A stretch of DNA of 64,000 nt from Octopus sinensis (lineage: Eukaryota): the NCBI RefSeq assembly GCF_006345805.1, contig NW_021834205.1, positions 1 through 64,000 on the forward strand, given 5' to 3'. A program made the position numbers and the translations under genes. How positions within the stretch are numbered: the first letter of the stretch is position 1; each line of letters begins with the position of its first letter. This document shows, in pieces, positions 49,938 through 61,929 of the stretch. The notes beneath the pieces are model-generated. The model was given only the letters and a program-made list of their open reading frames with translations. It ran no database searches and was not told where the DNA came from.

Positions 49938-50035
49938 TTGGTTGTCATAATAAAACTCAAACTTTCGGATGCCTGGGCCGAAGTCTGCTCCGGCATCTCA
50001 TCAGTTATTAAACTTGATTTTATTATGACAGCCAA
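49938..50035 (-). ncRNA. Type III-like hammerhead motif with intact core and vestigial helix I
   Basis: TTGGCTGTCATAATAAAATCAAG-TTT-AATAA-CTGATGA-GATGCC..GGCATC-C-GAAA-GTTTGAGTTTTATTATGACAACCAA. Confidence 0.6.
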
Positions 50036-50372
50036 ATATAATAATCACGTATTATATTTATATACACCAGTTATACCTCAGTGTGATTATTTTAACTACT
50101 CATCACTGAGATATTTCGTTATATGTCTTACGAAAATCAATTTTAGATTCTATTTTCAGATGATGTCTATGTAAAGTTTAAACTCAAGTAATGAGATGAT
50201 GTCTTGGTGCCAGAAATCAAGGCTTGAATCCTTAGTAGACTATCTTAAGTAAAGAATTCTGAAGTAAACTATTCCATTTTTTTTTAGCAAAACTGCAGGA
50301 ACACTTATCGCCCACTTTTCTGGCATAAGAATCACTCGTAAATGTTTCATAATGGCTGTCACATATAATCCT

Positions 50373-50562
50373 GGATTACTCCACTTTCATCCACCATGAT
50401 AACTCTTTGCAGCCAAGTAAAATGGCGGATTACTACATTCTCATTAACTAATGATACCTGTTTACATCCATAAGAAACGGTGGATTATTCTGCTCTTATG
50501 TACAATAATAACTGTTTACAGCCAAGTAATATGCCGGATTACTCTGCTCTTGTCCACCGAGA
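50373..50562. repeat. Degenerate 54-55-bp minisatellite, about 3.5 units
   Basis: GGATTA(C/T)T anchors at 50373, 50427, 50482, 50536. Confidence 0.8.
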
Positions 50563-50711
50563 CATTTGTTTAGAACCAAGGAATGAGCTTCTTTAATAAG
50601 AAAGCTTATTCTCCATTCATTATAATGCATTGTTGGAGATATTGCTGATACTGAGTCCAATGTGCTACCTGCTACGGTGTCGGTTTGCCCACCTATAATT
50701 CTCATACTCTC

Positions 50712-50957
50712 TCTCTTTTACTCTTTTACTCTTTTACTTGTTTCAGTCATTTGACTACGGCCATGCTGGAGCACCGCCTTTAGTCGGGCAAATCGACCCC
50801 GGGACTTATTCTTTGTAAGGCCAGTACTTATTCTATCGGTCTCTTTTGCCGAACCGCTAAGAGACGGGGACGTAAACACACCAGCATCGGTTGTCAAGCA
50901 ATGCTAGGGGGACAAACATAGACACACAAACGTACACACACACACACACACCATATA

Positions 50958-51013
<56 letters not shown>

Positions 51014-51177
51014 TACGACAGGCTTCTTTCAGTTTCCGTCTACCAAATCCACTCACAAGACTTGGTCGGCCCGGGGCTATAGCAGAAGACACTTGCCCAA
51101 GATGCCACGCAGTGGGACTGAACCCGGAACCATGTGGTTGGTTAGCAAGCTACTTACCACACAGCCACTCCTGCGCC
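50712..51177 (-). mobile_element. SINE family A, full-length
   Basis: Complete reverse-complement match. Confidence 0.95.
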
Positions 51178-51727
51178 TATCTGTAATTTTTTTTTTTTTT
51201 TGCTTGTTGTCACCTCTAGGTTAGTTCTGATGGAGTAAACCTATAAAGAGTTGCATTCTAGCTGTGAACATTTATCTTTCACCTTTCCGTACCAAACGTA
51301 CCACTTCATTATCCATCGGATCTCTTTGTAAAGACATTGAAATTCGATTCCAGGCAGATTCGGCAGCCACTTTTAGTAGTAGACAAGTAGACTGAGAAAC
51401 TGTGAAAAGTTCCCATTGTTTTCAGCTGGCATGCATTATAAATAACGCTAAGCATGCGTTTACGGCCATTAAAGTGTTAAATAGATGGCAGTATTTGATT
51501 TGTTTTAAAAGGAGAAATAATTTCTAAATGCGTGACCGATCGGTCTTGATTGTTTTTAGAAAAAGAAAATGATGGTGGCGACCTTCATTACACGTTCCCA
51601 AGGTTAATCTCTGTGTAAGTGAAGTGGAAGAGTTGAAAATGATATATCGAAACCGGATGCCAGTACTTGCCGCACCGGAAACGTAGTAGCTGCTTTATTG
51701 TTCAGGCAACTAGAAAGATGTGAGCGT

Positions 51728-51785
<58 letters not shown>

Positions 51786-51924
51786 ATCATATATATTATA
51801 TATATATATATATTTCTTTTTCAAACGTAAAACCCAGTGGGAAACTTTCTTTTCAAATATATGAATTGAAATAAAATCTAACTGCACCTTTGTGAAAATC
51901 ATTATATTCTTCTAAAATAATACC

Positions 51925-51961
<37 letters not shown>

Positions 51962-52062
51962 AGATATATATATGTACACGCACACCAAAGGCATATATAT
52001 GTATATATATGTGTGTGTGTGTATACATATGTGTGTGTATGCACACTCAGAGACACACACAT

Positions 52063-52108
<46 letters not shown>

Positions 52109-52588
52109 AATATTGACTTATCTATTTATATAATTATTCACAACAGCGATGCCAGCAAATTTGCATATCTCCCTCTGACGTCAATATATCTGTTATTATG
52201 GAGGGATGATTGTTGCATATGTCGAATAGAAGAAGCAAAAAAAAAACAGTAATAAAACAAAATAATAAAGCAAAATCAGGTCGTGAACATATTCAACAAG
52301 TTGCTTCTATTGTAATCAATAAGTTGGCTTCCTTCCCTAGCGACAGAATGGAATTACATTCAAGTAATAGTGAAAGTGAAAGTAGAAGAATAAAACCAGC
52401 AGCAGCAGCAGCACCACCAGCAACAACAACGACAACGACAGCAAAATAAATACTATAATATAATAATAATAATAATAATAATATAATAATAATAAATAAT
52501 AATAATATAATAATAATAATGATAATAATGCTAATAATATAGTAACAATACGTGATGAGGATGATGATGATGAATGATGGTGGTTTTG

Positions 52589-52619
<31 letters not shown>

Positions 52620-52809
52620 GCGATGTACACACTGTATAGCACAGCTGCACCACAAAGCAGCCGAACAGCCGGCCAAAATAAATTCAAGAGCGCAATAATA
52701 TCAAAGAACTATCATAAATTTAGCGCTGATTAGGTAATTATTCGCAAAAAGATCAATATTGCTTTCATAAAAGATTGAGCATAAAATATATAGCAATAAC
52801 AACAACAAC

Positions 52810-52851
52810 ACAACAACAAAACAATAATAATAACGTATCATAATACTAATA

Positions 52852-52901
<50 letters not shown>

Positions 52902-52929
52902 TAATAATGATAATAAAATAATAATAATA

Positions 52930-52973
<44 letters not shown>

Positions 52974-53061
52974 TAATAATAATAATATAATAATAATAAT
53001 AATAATAATATAATAATAATAATAATAATAATAAGAATATAATAATATAATAATAATAATA

Positions 53062-53094
<33 letters not shown>

Positions 53095-53161
53095 TAATAA
53101 AAATAATATGATAATAAAAATAATAATAATAATAATAATAATAAAATAAATTGATAATAAA

Positions 53162-53204
<43 letters not shown>

Positions 53205-53262
53205 TAATAATATAATAATAATAATAATAATAATAAAATAATAATATAATAATAATAATAAT
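52810..53262. repeat. (TAA)n tract
   Basis: Direct reading. Confidence 0.95.
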
Positions 53263-53409
53263 TAAGGACAAAAACACGTCAACAAAAAATAACAATTCTA
53301 CTATGCTGCTACTACTAGTGCACTACAAAATAATATTAATGATATCCATATGTACATATATATATATATATATCTATACAATATACATATATATATAGAT
53401 ATATATTAT

Positions 53410-53441
<32 letters not shown>

Positions 53442-53591
53442 AACACACACGCACACACATACACGCGTTCATGCGTGTGAACGTGTGTGTAAATATATGT
53501 TCAAATTTTGGTACATGGCCAATGTGAGTGTCAGTGTATTTATCATAGACACACAGATATATATATAAGCATACATGGATATATATATATC

Positions 53592-53637
<46 letters not shown>

Positions 53638-53723
53638 CATATATTATATATATATTCATACATATATTATATATATATATAGATATATATAATAATACAT
53701 ACATATATATATATATATATATT

Positions 53724-53760
<37 letters not shown>

Positions 53761-54358
53761 AAGATATATATACATTCATACCTTGCATATATAAACTATT
53801 ATAATACTGTATGCATACATTTATATATTATATATATATATATATTCAAATATTTATAATTATATACGTATACGCATGCATATACCTATGCATATGTATA
53901 TATAACTATGTATATAGTAATATAAATATATATGTATACATATCTACATACATAAACGCGTATATCACACACACAATCACACACACGCGCGCACATACAC
54001 ACACACACATATACATATATATAGATGCATTTGCGCGTATCTTACGCTGCATGTAAAGAGATTGATTACATCATAAAAAACCTGTAAATAGAGATGAAGA
54101 AAGTCTATTGTAGAGAAGAGTGCATTGGATCTGAATGTAATGTTCTATGAACACCTAAATACTCCATACACATTGCTATAATTGTATTTACTACGTTTAC
54201 TGTTCAGATTTTCCTTGGTTTTTGTTGAAGCCATTTTTGTTTTAAATTTTTGCTATCGAAATATCGGTTCGATTCTCTCTTATCGACACACCATCAGCCA
54301 TGTTGAACGGTAACGGACGTACGATGCTATATTATCCATGAAGTTTAGTATGTGGATG

Positions 54359-54422
<64 letters not shown>

Positions 54423-54635
54423 GAATTGCAGTGTTTGTATGTGTGTACGTTAATGCTAAATGCAATGTTAGAGTTAGGAGGAAGAATGAAGTTGAAGTAC
54501 ATATACGCTGTTGCCGTGGTGGGGCGGAGGGAATGTTCGAGCATTATTGCACGTGTGAGTTCGGAGGTGTCTAAAATTGCAATAACCCATACGTGTGTGT
54601 GTGTGTGTGTGGATCTTTTATTTTTTACTTTTTTT

Positions 54636-54830
54636 TCAGTCATTGAATTGCGGCCATGGTGTAGCACCACCTCGAAGAATTCACTCGATAAAATCCCCTT
54701 CATATGCCCTGCCCAACCTGATATTCATTTTATTATTTTCTGTTGCCGAACCGTTAACTTAAAGGGACGTAAAGAAACCAGTCCCGGTTGCCAAGTGGAG
54801 ACTGGGAGACAAACACAAGCACAAAGACGC
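54636..54830 (-). mobile_element. SINE family A-like 3' half, old
   Basis: TTTCAGTCATTGAATTGCGGCCATG..GCCGAACCGTTAAC..GGGACGTAAAG. Confidence 0.65.
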
Positions 54831-54957
54831 ACACACATAGATCTCTCTCACACCCGCTCTCTCTTTGTTTATCTCTACGTCTCTCTCTCTCTCCCTCTCT
54901 CTCTCTGTCTATCTCTCTGTCTCTCTGTTTCTACCCCTCTCTCTCTCTCTCTCAATC

Positions 54958-56170
54958 AAGTGGTCCCGCCCTTAGGCAGGTTCCGTGCATGTAAACCCTC
55001 TTCAGCACTCTTTAATCTCTGCTCTCCTCTTCGTTGAGTGTTTCCCCTATCAAAATATCATCCAACATTATCACTCACCTTTTTCCTCACCTAGATCTTC
55101 TCCCTTGTATTCTTCCCTCTATCATTGTGAGCAGAAGCCCCTCTGACCCTATAATATGTCCTATCCATTTTGCTTTCTTTTTCTACATGGTATCCATCAG
55201 ACATCGCCCCTCTCTCCAACTCTCCTAAGCACCTCCTCATTGCTCACATATTCCGTCCAGCAGTTCGTTTCTGTTCCACTCTACAATCACATCTCATATT
55301 CAATCGCCTAGCAACGGCCTTCTTAAAGATCCATGTTTCTCAGCCATAGAGTACTTAACTTCATACTAGAGTTTTCTCCAGCTTCTTCTTCAGATCATGC
55401 TTCAGGCGTTTGGTGTGCAGTGGTTTATACAAGTGAAGGCGCATGTCTCAGTGGTTAGAGCGTCGAGCTTACGATCGTGATGCTGTGAGCTCGAAACTCG
55501 GACCAGGCTGCATGTTGTGTTCTTGAGCAAGGCACTTTATTTCACGTTGCTCCAGTTCACTCAGCTGTAGAAATGAGTTGCGACGTCACAGGTGCCAAGC
55601 TGTATCGGCCCCTTTCCCTTGGATAACACTGGTGGCGTTGAGAGGAGAGGCCGGTATGCATGGGCTGGTCTTCCATAAACTGCTGGTCTTCCATAAACAA
55701 CCTTGCGCGGACTTGTGCTTGGGAGGGTAACTTTCTAGGTGCAATCCCATAGTCTGTGTCGTGACCGAAAGGGGTTTCAGGTTTATATTTGTTGAATCCA
55801 TTTTTGGTCATGGTAATTCTTGCGCTGATTTCCCTCTCCCTTCTCTCATCCTCCTTTAATAGGCCTCCAAGATGTTTAAATTATTGAATCTGCTCCTAAT
55901 GATTTTCGTTGATGCTGATTTGCAAATTCTCTCCTCTGTTCTTTCCAGTTTTCAATACTTTAGTCTTCTGGTTTATTCTCATCTTGTATACCTCATTCAC
56001 TTCAATCAGACTTGTCATGATCGTCAGCAAGCCCTCTACAGTGTTCTCTGTCAGGGCCCAGCCATTCCATGATCTGTCTGGCCCATGCAAAAAGCTGCGA
56101 TTAAGTGCCTATCTCTCCATCTGTTTATTTTTTCTTTCCATACAACCCGAACATGGGGCTATAGATCCAA
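54958..56170 (-). mobile_element. RTE-clade LINE 3' relic interrupted by SINE D
   Basis: ALTENTVEGLLTIMTSL.E..MRINQKTKVL; ETWIFKK; KAKWIGHIIGSEGLL..IEGRIQGRRSR; ends in (GA)n. Confidence 0.75.
55435..55776 (+). mobile_element. SINE family D
   Basis: Matches the 19112-19445 copy; has an internal tandem duplication of CTGGTCTTCCATAAAC. Confidence 0.9.
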
Positions 56171-56193
56171 TTCTGTTCTCTGTATGTTGTAAT

Positions 56194-56415
56194 GGAGGCG
56201 TGTGGCTTAGTGGTCAAGGTGTTGGATTCATGATCGCATGATTGGGGTTTCGATTCCTGGACCTGGCGACACGTTGTGTTCTTGAGCAAAATACTTCATT
56301 TCACGTTTCTCCAGTCCACTCAGCTGGCAAAACTGAGTAATCTTGCGACGGACTGGTGTCCTGTCCAGGTAGGAAATTTCTACCCCATAGAAATCGGGAA
56401 ACTGGCCCTTATGCG
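56194..56415 (+). mobile_element. SINE family E (C-like head, D-like core, GACGGACTGG tail)
   Basis: GGAGGCGTGTGGCTTAGTGG..GGTTTCGATTCC..GTGTTCTTGAGCAA..CACTCAGCTG. Confidence 0.8.
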
Positions 56416-56493
56416 TCAGCATGATTCAAAGAAGGTAACTTTACTTACTTCAATTCTTTATGATGTAGCTTACTGTCAATTAATAAATACGAT

Positions 56494-56577
56494 AGGGCCC
56501 AGGGCCCTGATTCGTTCGTTGGCTTCACAGGTCTAGGGGCCCAGGGCACTGATTCGTTCGTTGGCTTCACAGGTCTA
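56494..56577. repeat. 42-bp tandem duplication (2 near-identical copies)
   Basis: GGGCCCAGGGC(C/A)CTGATTCGTTCGTTGGCTTCACAGGTCTA x2. Confidence 0.95.
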
Positions 56578-56988
56578 GGGGTCCAATTCTGAATTTTGAA
56601 TGTTGTAGCTTGCTCTCAATGAATATATACAATAGGACCCAGTGCATTGATTTTCCCGAGGGGATGGGGTTCTATAATCTTGCTTCAACATCCCTGGGTA
56701 GAAGAAGACATTTAAAGGATCGACGTATCACAGGAATGTTTGAATGATTTTTATCTTATGTTCAAGATATAAGCAATATAGAATTAAGATCTTGCGGTTT
56801 TCAATCATACGCACATGATAGCGAGAACCACGCATTTGTACGCCTTAACCATTGCGAAACGCGCATGTGCAGCACACATGTATCAATTGATAGTACTTCA
56901 GCTTTCTATTCCCATGCATATGGCAGCAACTCTCACGTTTATTGTATGCCTTATCTTTGTCCGTGTGTGTGTGTTAAAATGTGCCCAC

Positions 56989-57472
56989 GGGCATATGGTG
57001 TAGTGGTTAAGAGCGCGGGCTACTAACTCAAGATTCCGAGTCGATTCCACGCAGATCTGGATCATGTTGAGAAGAAGAAGAAGTATGAAATGAGGAGGAA
57101 GGAGAAGAAAAGAAGAGAGAAGAAGAAGAAGGAAGAAGAAGAGAGAGAGAGGAGGAAGAAGGAAGAAGAAGAAGGAAGAAAGAAGAGGAGAAGAAGAAGA
57201 AGAAGAGAAGGAAGAATAGAAGAAGAAGAGAGAAGAGCAGAAGAAGAAGAAGAAGAGAAGAAGAAGAAGAAGAAGACAGAAGAAGAATAATAAGAAGAAG
57301 AAGAGAAGAAGAAGAAGGAAGAAGAAGAGATCGAAAATACCTTAGGAATGAGAACCAGGTTCGAAATTTCCGTAAGACACCTGATGAAGGCTGGAGGGTA
57401 TATCAGCCGAAACGTTGTGTTAACAACAAAGATGAGGACAAATATCTGTCAATTGTAAATAATGTAAATAAT
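56989..57472 (+). mobile_element. SINE family F: tRNA-like head, internal (GAA)n, hammerhead-bearing tail
   Basis: A-box TGGTGTAGTGG (56996-57006), B-box-like GAGTCGATTCC (57038-57048), purine SSR, HHR, terminal (TGTAAATAA)2. Confidence 0.65.
57376..57421 (+). ncRNA. Minimal type I hammerhead ribozyme motif, intact
   Basis: GACAC-CTGATGA-A-GGCTG gagggtatat CAGCC-GAAA-CG-T-T-GTGTT. 5-bp helices I and II; AACGTT palindrome. Confidence 0.8.
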
Positions 57473-57845
57473 GTGTGTACATATGTATGTTTATGATAAA
57501 GAGAGTAAAGTTTAAAATCCAGTTGCACTTTCAATTGACGAGCTTTATGCTTACAAAGGTCTTCGGAAGCGTATAAATGATCTTGTATATAAAAGTGTAA
57601 CTTACAATTTAGACAACGGTTGATATTAGTTGGCCTAACATTCTCACATTTCAATGTATTTATGGAAAGTTTTATGAAGTAAAATTAAATGCAAAAGAAT
57701 TTCAATATTCCTGTGTGATGGCTGAATTTACTGACTGTCCGAGAAAATCCCTGGTAATATTTCGGTACGAGAGCTTATATTCTGTGTTCAAATTTCGGTT
57801 ATGTTGATACATTTCATTCTTCGAGAAAACAGAGATGCAGAAGTA

Positions 57846-58361
57846 TCGGGTTGTCCGGAAAGTTCATGCCGATTTTTAAAGGAAAGAAAAAGGTCAATAA
57901 ATACTTGCCATTACATTTTTAACCAACCAAATTTGAACTATTTTGTTGCACAATGCGTCTCCATCTTTCCTTTAACTTGAAAATGCCCTCTTCCCAGAAT
58001 CGAGGTGATTTCATGACAAAAAATTCATCAAGGTATCTTTTTACGTCATCCAAGGAATTGAAATTTTTACCATTAAGACTATTCTGCAGAGACATGAATA
58101 AGTGGCAATCTGAAGAAGCAATATCTGGTGAATATGGAGGGTGGGGTAACAGCAATTTTTGTCTGGTTCCCAAAGCATCAAGTGCCGAAAATGAACTTTC
58201 TTATCTTCCATTTTAAAGGGTTACATAATCAACACAAGATAGCTTAAACTGTGCTCTAAATGGAGGTGTAGTCAAATCCTATTTTATGGACTCAACCATG
58301 TTCTAAAATAAGTCGATAAGTAAGCTACTATAAATCGGCACGAACTTTCCGGACAACCCAA
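57846..58361 (-). mobile_element. Internally deleted mariner
   Basis: About 30-bp TIRs (T.GGGTTGTCCGGAAAGTTC.TGCCGATTT) with TA TSDs; C-terminal transposase HPPYSPDIASSDCHLF..LQNSL..GIFKL.ERW. Confidence 0.93.
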
Positions 58362-58419
58362 TAGTAAAGTATCTGGTATTAACCCATATATGCCCATAAG
58401 AAAATTTCACTGTATTTAG

Positions 58420-58533
58420 ATTAAGTGTTATGGTAAGCTTTCGCAATGTGGACGAGAAGGACAGTGTACAACGGTTAGCTACTGGTGTTGACTCCCTACT
58501 GGACATTTCATATGCTCAGTTAGATGCTTCCCG
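58420..58533 (+). CDS. Candidate 114-nt exon LSVMVSFRNVDEKDSVQRLATGVDSLLDISYAQLDASR (phase 2 to 2)
   Basis: tgtatttag|..CCCG|gtgagt. Open frame in unique sequence between two transposons. Confidence 0.45.
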
Positions 58534-58631
58534 GTGAGTTCATGTCCAAACAAGTAGGGGCAGGTTTTGTGTTGCGAAAACACAACTAGAGGTATATGCG
58601 ATACATATTTCATTCAATATTTGCCTTTATT

Positions 58632-58745
58632 AAGGTGGTGCTTTGGCAGAATCGTTAGGTCATCGGTCAAAATGCTTAGTATTTCTTCTAACTCGTTATG
58701 TTCTGAGTTCGAATTCCGCCCAGGTTGACTTTGATTTTCTTCCTT
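58632..58745 (+). mobile_element. SINE family B head, diverged
   Basis: TGGCAGAATCGTTAG..GTTCTGAGTTCGAATTCCGCC. Confidence 0.75.
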
Positions 58746-58751
58746 TTTGGA

Positions 58752-59170
58752 TCTCTTTTACTCTTTTACTTGTTTCAGTCATTTGACTGTGGCCATGCTG
58801 GAGCACCACCTTTAGTCGAGCAAATCGACCCCAGGACTTATTCTTTGTAAGCCTAGTACTTATTCTATCGGTCTCTTTTGCCGAACCTCAAAGTTACAGT
58901 GACGTAAACACACCAGCATCGGTTATCAAGCGATGTTGGGGTGGGGATAAACACAGACACACAAACATATACACACACACGCACACATATATATATATAC
59001 ATATATCCGACGGGCTTCTTTCGGTTTCTGTCTACCAAATCCACTCACAAGGCTTTGGTCAACCTGAGGCTATAGTAGAAGATACTTGCCCAAGGTGCCA
59101 CGCAGTGGGACTGAACTCGGAACCATGTGGTTGGTAAATAAGGTTCTCACCACACAGCCACTCCTGCGCC
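58752..59170 (-). mobile_element. SINE family A, full-length
   Basis: Complete reverse-complement match. Confidence 0.93.
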
Positions 59171-59586
59171 TATAGTAGGCGATAAAATTGAGCACAGGGA
59201 TCGATGTTATCGAGCAGCCTCTTCCCCACAACATTTCAGGCCTTGTGACTAGAGTAGAGAGGAAACATTTACCGCCATTGCTGATTGCGTTACGTAACCG
59301 ACGTCTGATCTTGATCGCTCCCGTTTTCTTCGTTAAGAACCTTAAGTGACTTCGGCTGAACCCAGTCGTTAGCTGGTTTATATTAATGCTGAAGTTACGC
59401 CTGCATTACCGATATGTGTGTGTGTGTGTGTCTGTGTCTGTGTGTACACATATATATATATAGATAGATAGATAGATAGATATACACACATTATATATGC
59501 ACCATATATATATTGTATTATATATGTATTTATCATTATTGTTATATTTATTATTATTATTATTATTGTTATTATTCTTATTATTC

Positions 59587-59635
<49 letters not shown>

Positions 59636-60395
59636 ACTTAGATAAACTTAGATATGTTTCGACCAAAGATTGGTCCAGGCCATGTCTAACTTAATAGCAC
59701 CACCTGATAGGATTATTCGAATCCTGTTTAAGTCAAGTTTTGTTCAAGTAGTGAGTTGTATACAATTATGGGTGGCTTATCTGGTATTCTTTGAAGGAAT
59801 CTATCCAGACTCTGTTTAAAGTTGATGGGATCCTTTTCCTCTTTGATCTCCATCGGGACAATGTTAAATAGGGCAGGGCCCTTTGAGGAAAAGAAATTAT
59901 GTTGTAGTGTACATGTATGTGGTGATCTTGAATTGGGCAGGGGACGTATGGCCCGTGGTCCCACTCTTGGATGAACCTTGAAGCTAATGTTAAGGTCGTT
60001 TGAGCAAAGTTGGCGGTATATTCTCCACATCGTACAAATGATGTACCGCTCACGGTGACGCTGGAGGGAGTAAAGTTTCAAGGCTTTAAGGCGATCCCAA
60101 TAATCGAGAGCAGCCATGCCTTCAATTCGTTTAGGGAGTGCCCTCTGGGGTGACTCAATTCTGGAGATGTTTTGTCTTGTATGGGGAGACCACAGTGGGC
60201 AGCAGTATTCAAGGTGTGGCCGTACAAAGGAGGAAAAAAGGTATGATGACACCTTGTTCTCTGGACCGGAAAGTTCTTAAGATCCAGGAACTCATCCTAC
60301 GAGCTGTATCGACCTTCTTGTTGATGTGTGCACTCCAACTGAGATCGTCATCAACAATTACACCCAGGTCTCTGATATTGTTAGAGGCTGTGAGC
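59636..60395 (-). mobile_element. CR1-group LINE 3' fragment
   Basis: FVRPHLEYCCPLWSP..LDYWDRLKALKLYSLQRHRERY..LDRFLQRIPD; ATCTAAGTTTATCTAAGT tail. Confidence 0.93.
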
Positions 60396-60416
60396 GGTTC
60401 ATTATTATTATCATCA

Positions 60417-60480
<64 letters not shown>

Positions 60481-60485
60481 CATCA

Positions 60486-60540
<55 letters not shown>

Positions 60541-60542
<2 letters not shown>

Positions 60543-61929
60543 TATGTTTGACTTTTGCTTTATATTTGTACAAGTTGGCTCCAAGTCTCACCCAGAGACC
60601 TCAAGAGACAACAGGGTTGAAAGTTCATGTTGTTGTTATGCCTAGTGTGCCATATATTTGGGGGGTGGGGGTGTTGTACTAATGAATGTCTAAAAAAAAA
60701 ATTTTTTTTTTTTTTAAACCGAAAATTACGTTTGTTTTAAACCTTGAGATTACATAGAAAGTATTTTGCGTAGGATATGAGCAGTTCCCATGAGCACTAT
60801 CTTTTGAATTTCTGCCATTTTTGGGTTTCCTGGTATCTGAGTTAGGTAGCTATCTGCCCCTTTTGCTATCATTCCCAGGGCACCTATGACAACAGGTATT
60901 GTTTTAGTTTTCAGCTTCCACATTTTGCTGATTTCTATTTCAAGATCTTATATTTGCTCAGTTTTTGGTAGGTCTTGACAGATACGTTTATATCGATTGG
61001 GACAGTCATATCAATGAGGAGGCATGTTCTTTGTTTGAAGTCTTTCAATATGATGTCTGGCCTATTTGCATCTATCTTTCTGTCAGTTTGAATGGCGAAG
61101 TTCCAGAGGAGTGAGATGTGGTCATTTTCAAGCACTGGGGGTGGTTTGTGTTCCCACCAGTTTTTTTCATGGGGCAAATCCAGGTTTTTACAGATTACCC
61201 AGTGAATATATTGTGCAGCTCTATCGTGCCTGTTGAGATATTCTTTAGGCGCTAGAAGACTGCATTGGAGACCACATGGTCAATGGTTTCATTTTGTTGC
61301 TTGCATACACGACACGTTGGACTGCTTCTGATCTTTAATATGTTGGCCTGGTAGTTTCTTGTTGGTAGGCATTGATCTTGAGCTGCTATGATAAACCCCT
61401 CTGTTTCAGATTTTAAGCCAGAGGCCATTAGCGATTGATGGGTCAGGGCTTTGTCAACATCTGCATTATTTGCTCTCTTTGGGTATTTGCCATAGAGAGG
61501 TTTTTCTTGCCATTTATCATTCAGAATATCTAAGGCCGCAGATTTAGCACGGGTTTTCATGCGCTTAGCTTTTTCTGGGCCTGTTTCTTGTATGTCTATC
61601 TCTAATTCCGAAATTTGTTGTATTCGGAATTCACTTAGATATTCCTTTGCCTGTTTTGTTACTGCGTATGATGCTTTCTTGTTTTCATGTTTTGAGACAA
61701 GTTTTAACATCCAGTCCTCAGAGTTTTTCAGGTAGGTGTCTAGGCCAATTGTAGCAATCTTCATTGTTATTGCCAGTTGTAAAAGTCCACGGCCTCCCTC
61801 TTTTCTTGGCAGATAAAGTCGTTCTGTATCTGCCTTAGGGTGGTGCATTCTATGCATTGTCAACAGTTTTCGTATTTTTCTGTCAAGATTACATAGTTCA
61901 GTAATTGACCAGTTAACGATACTGAAACT

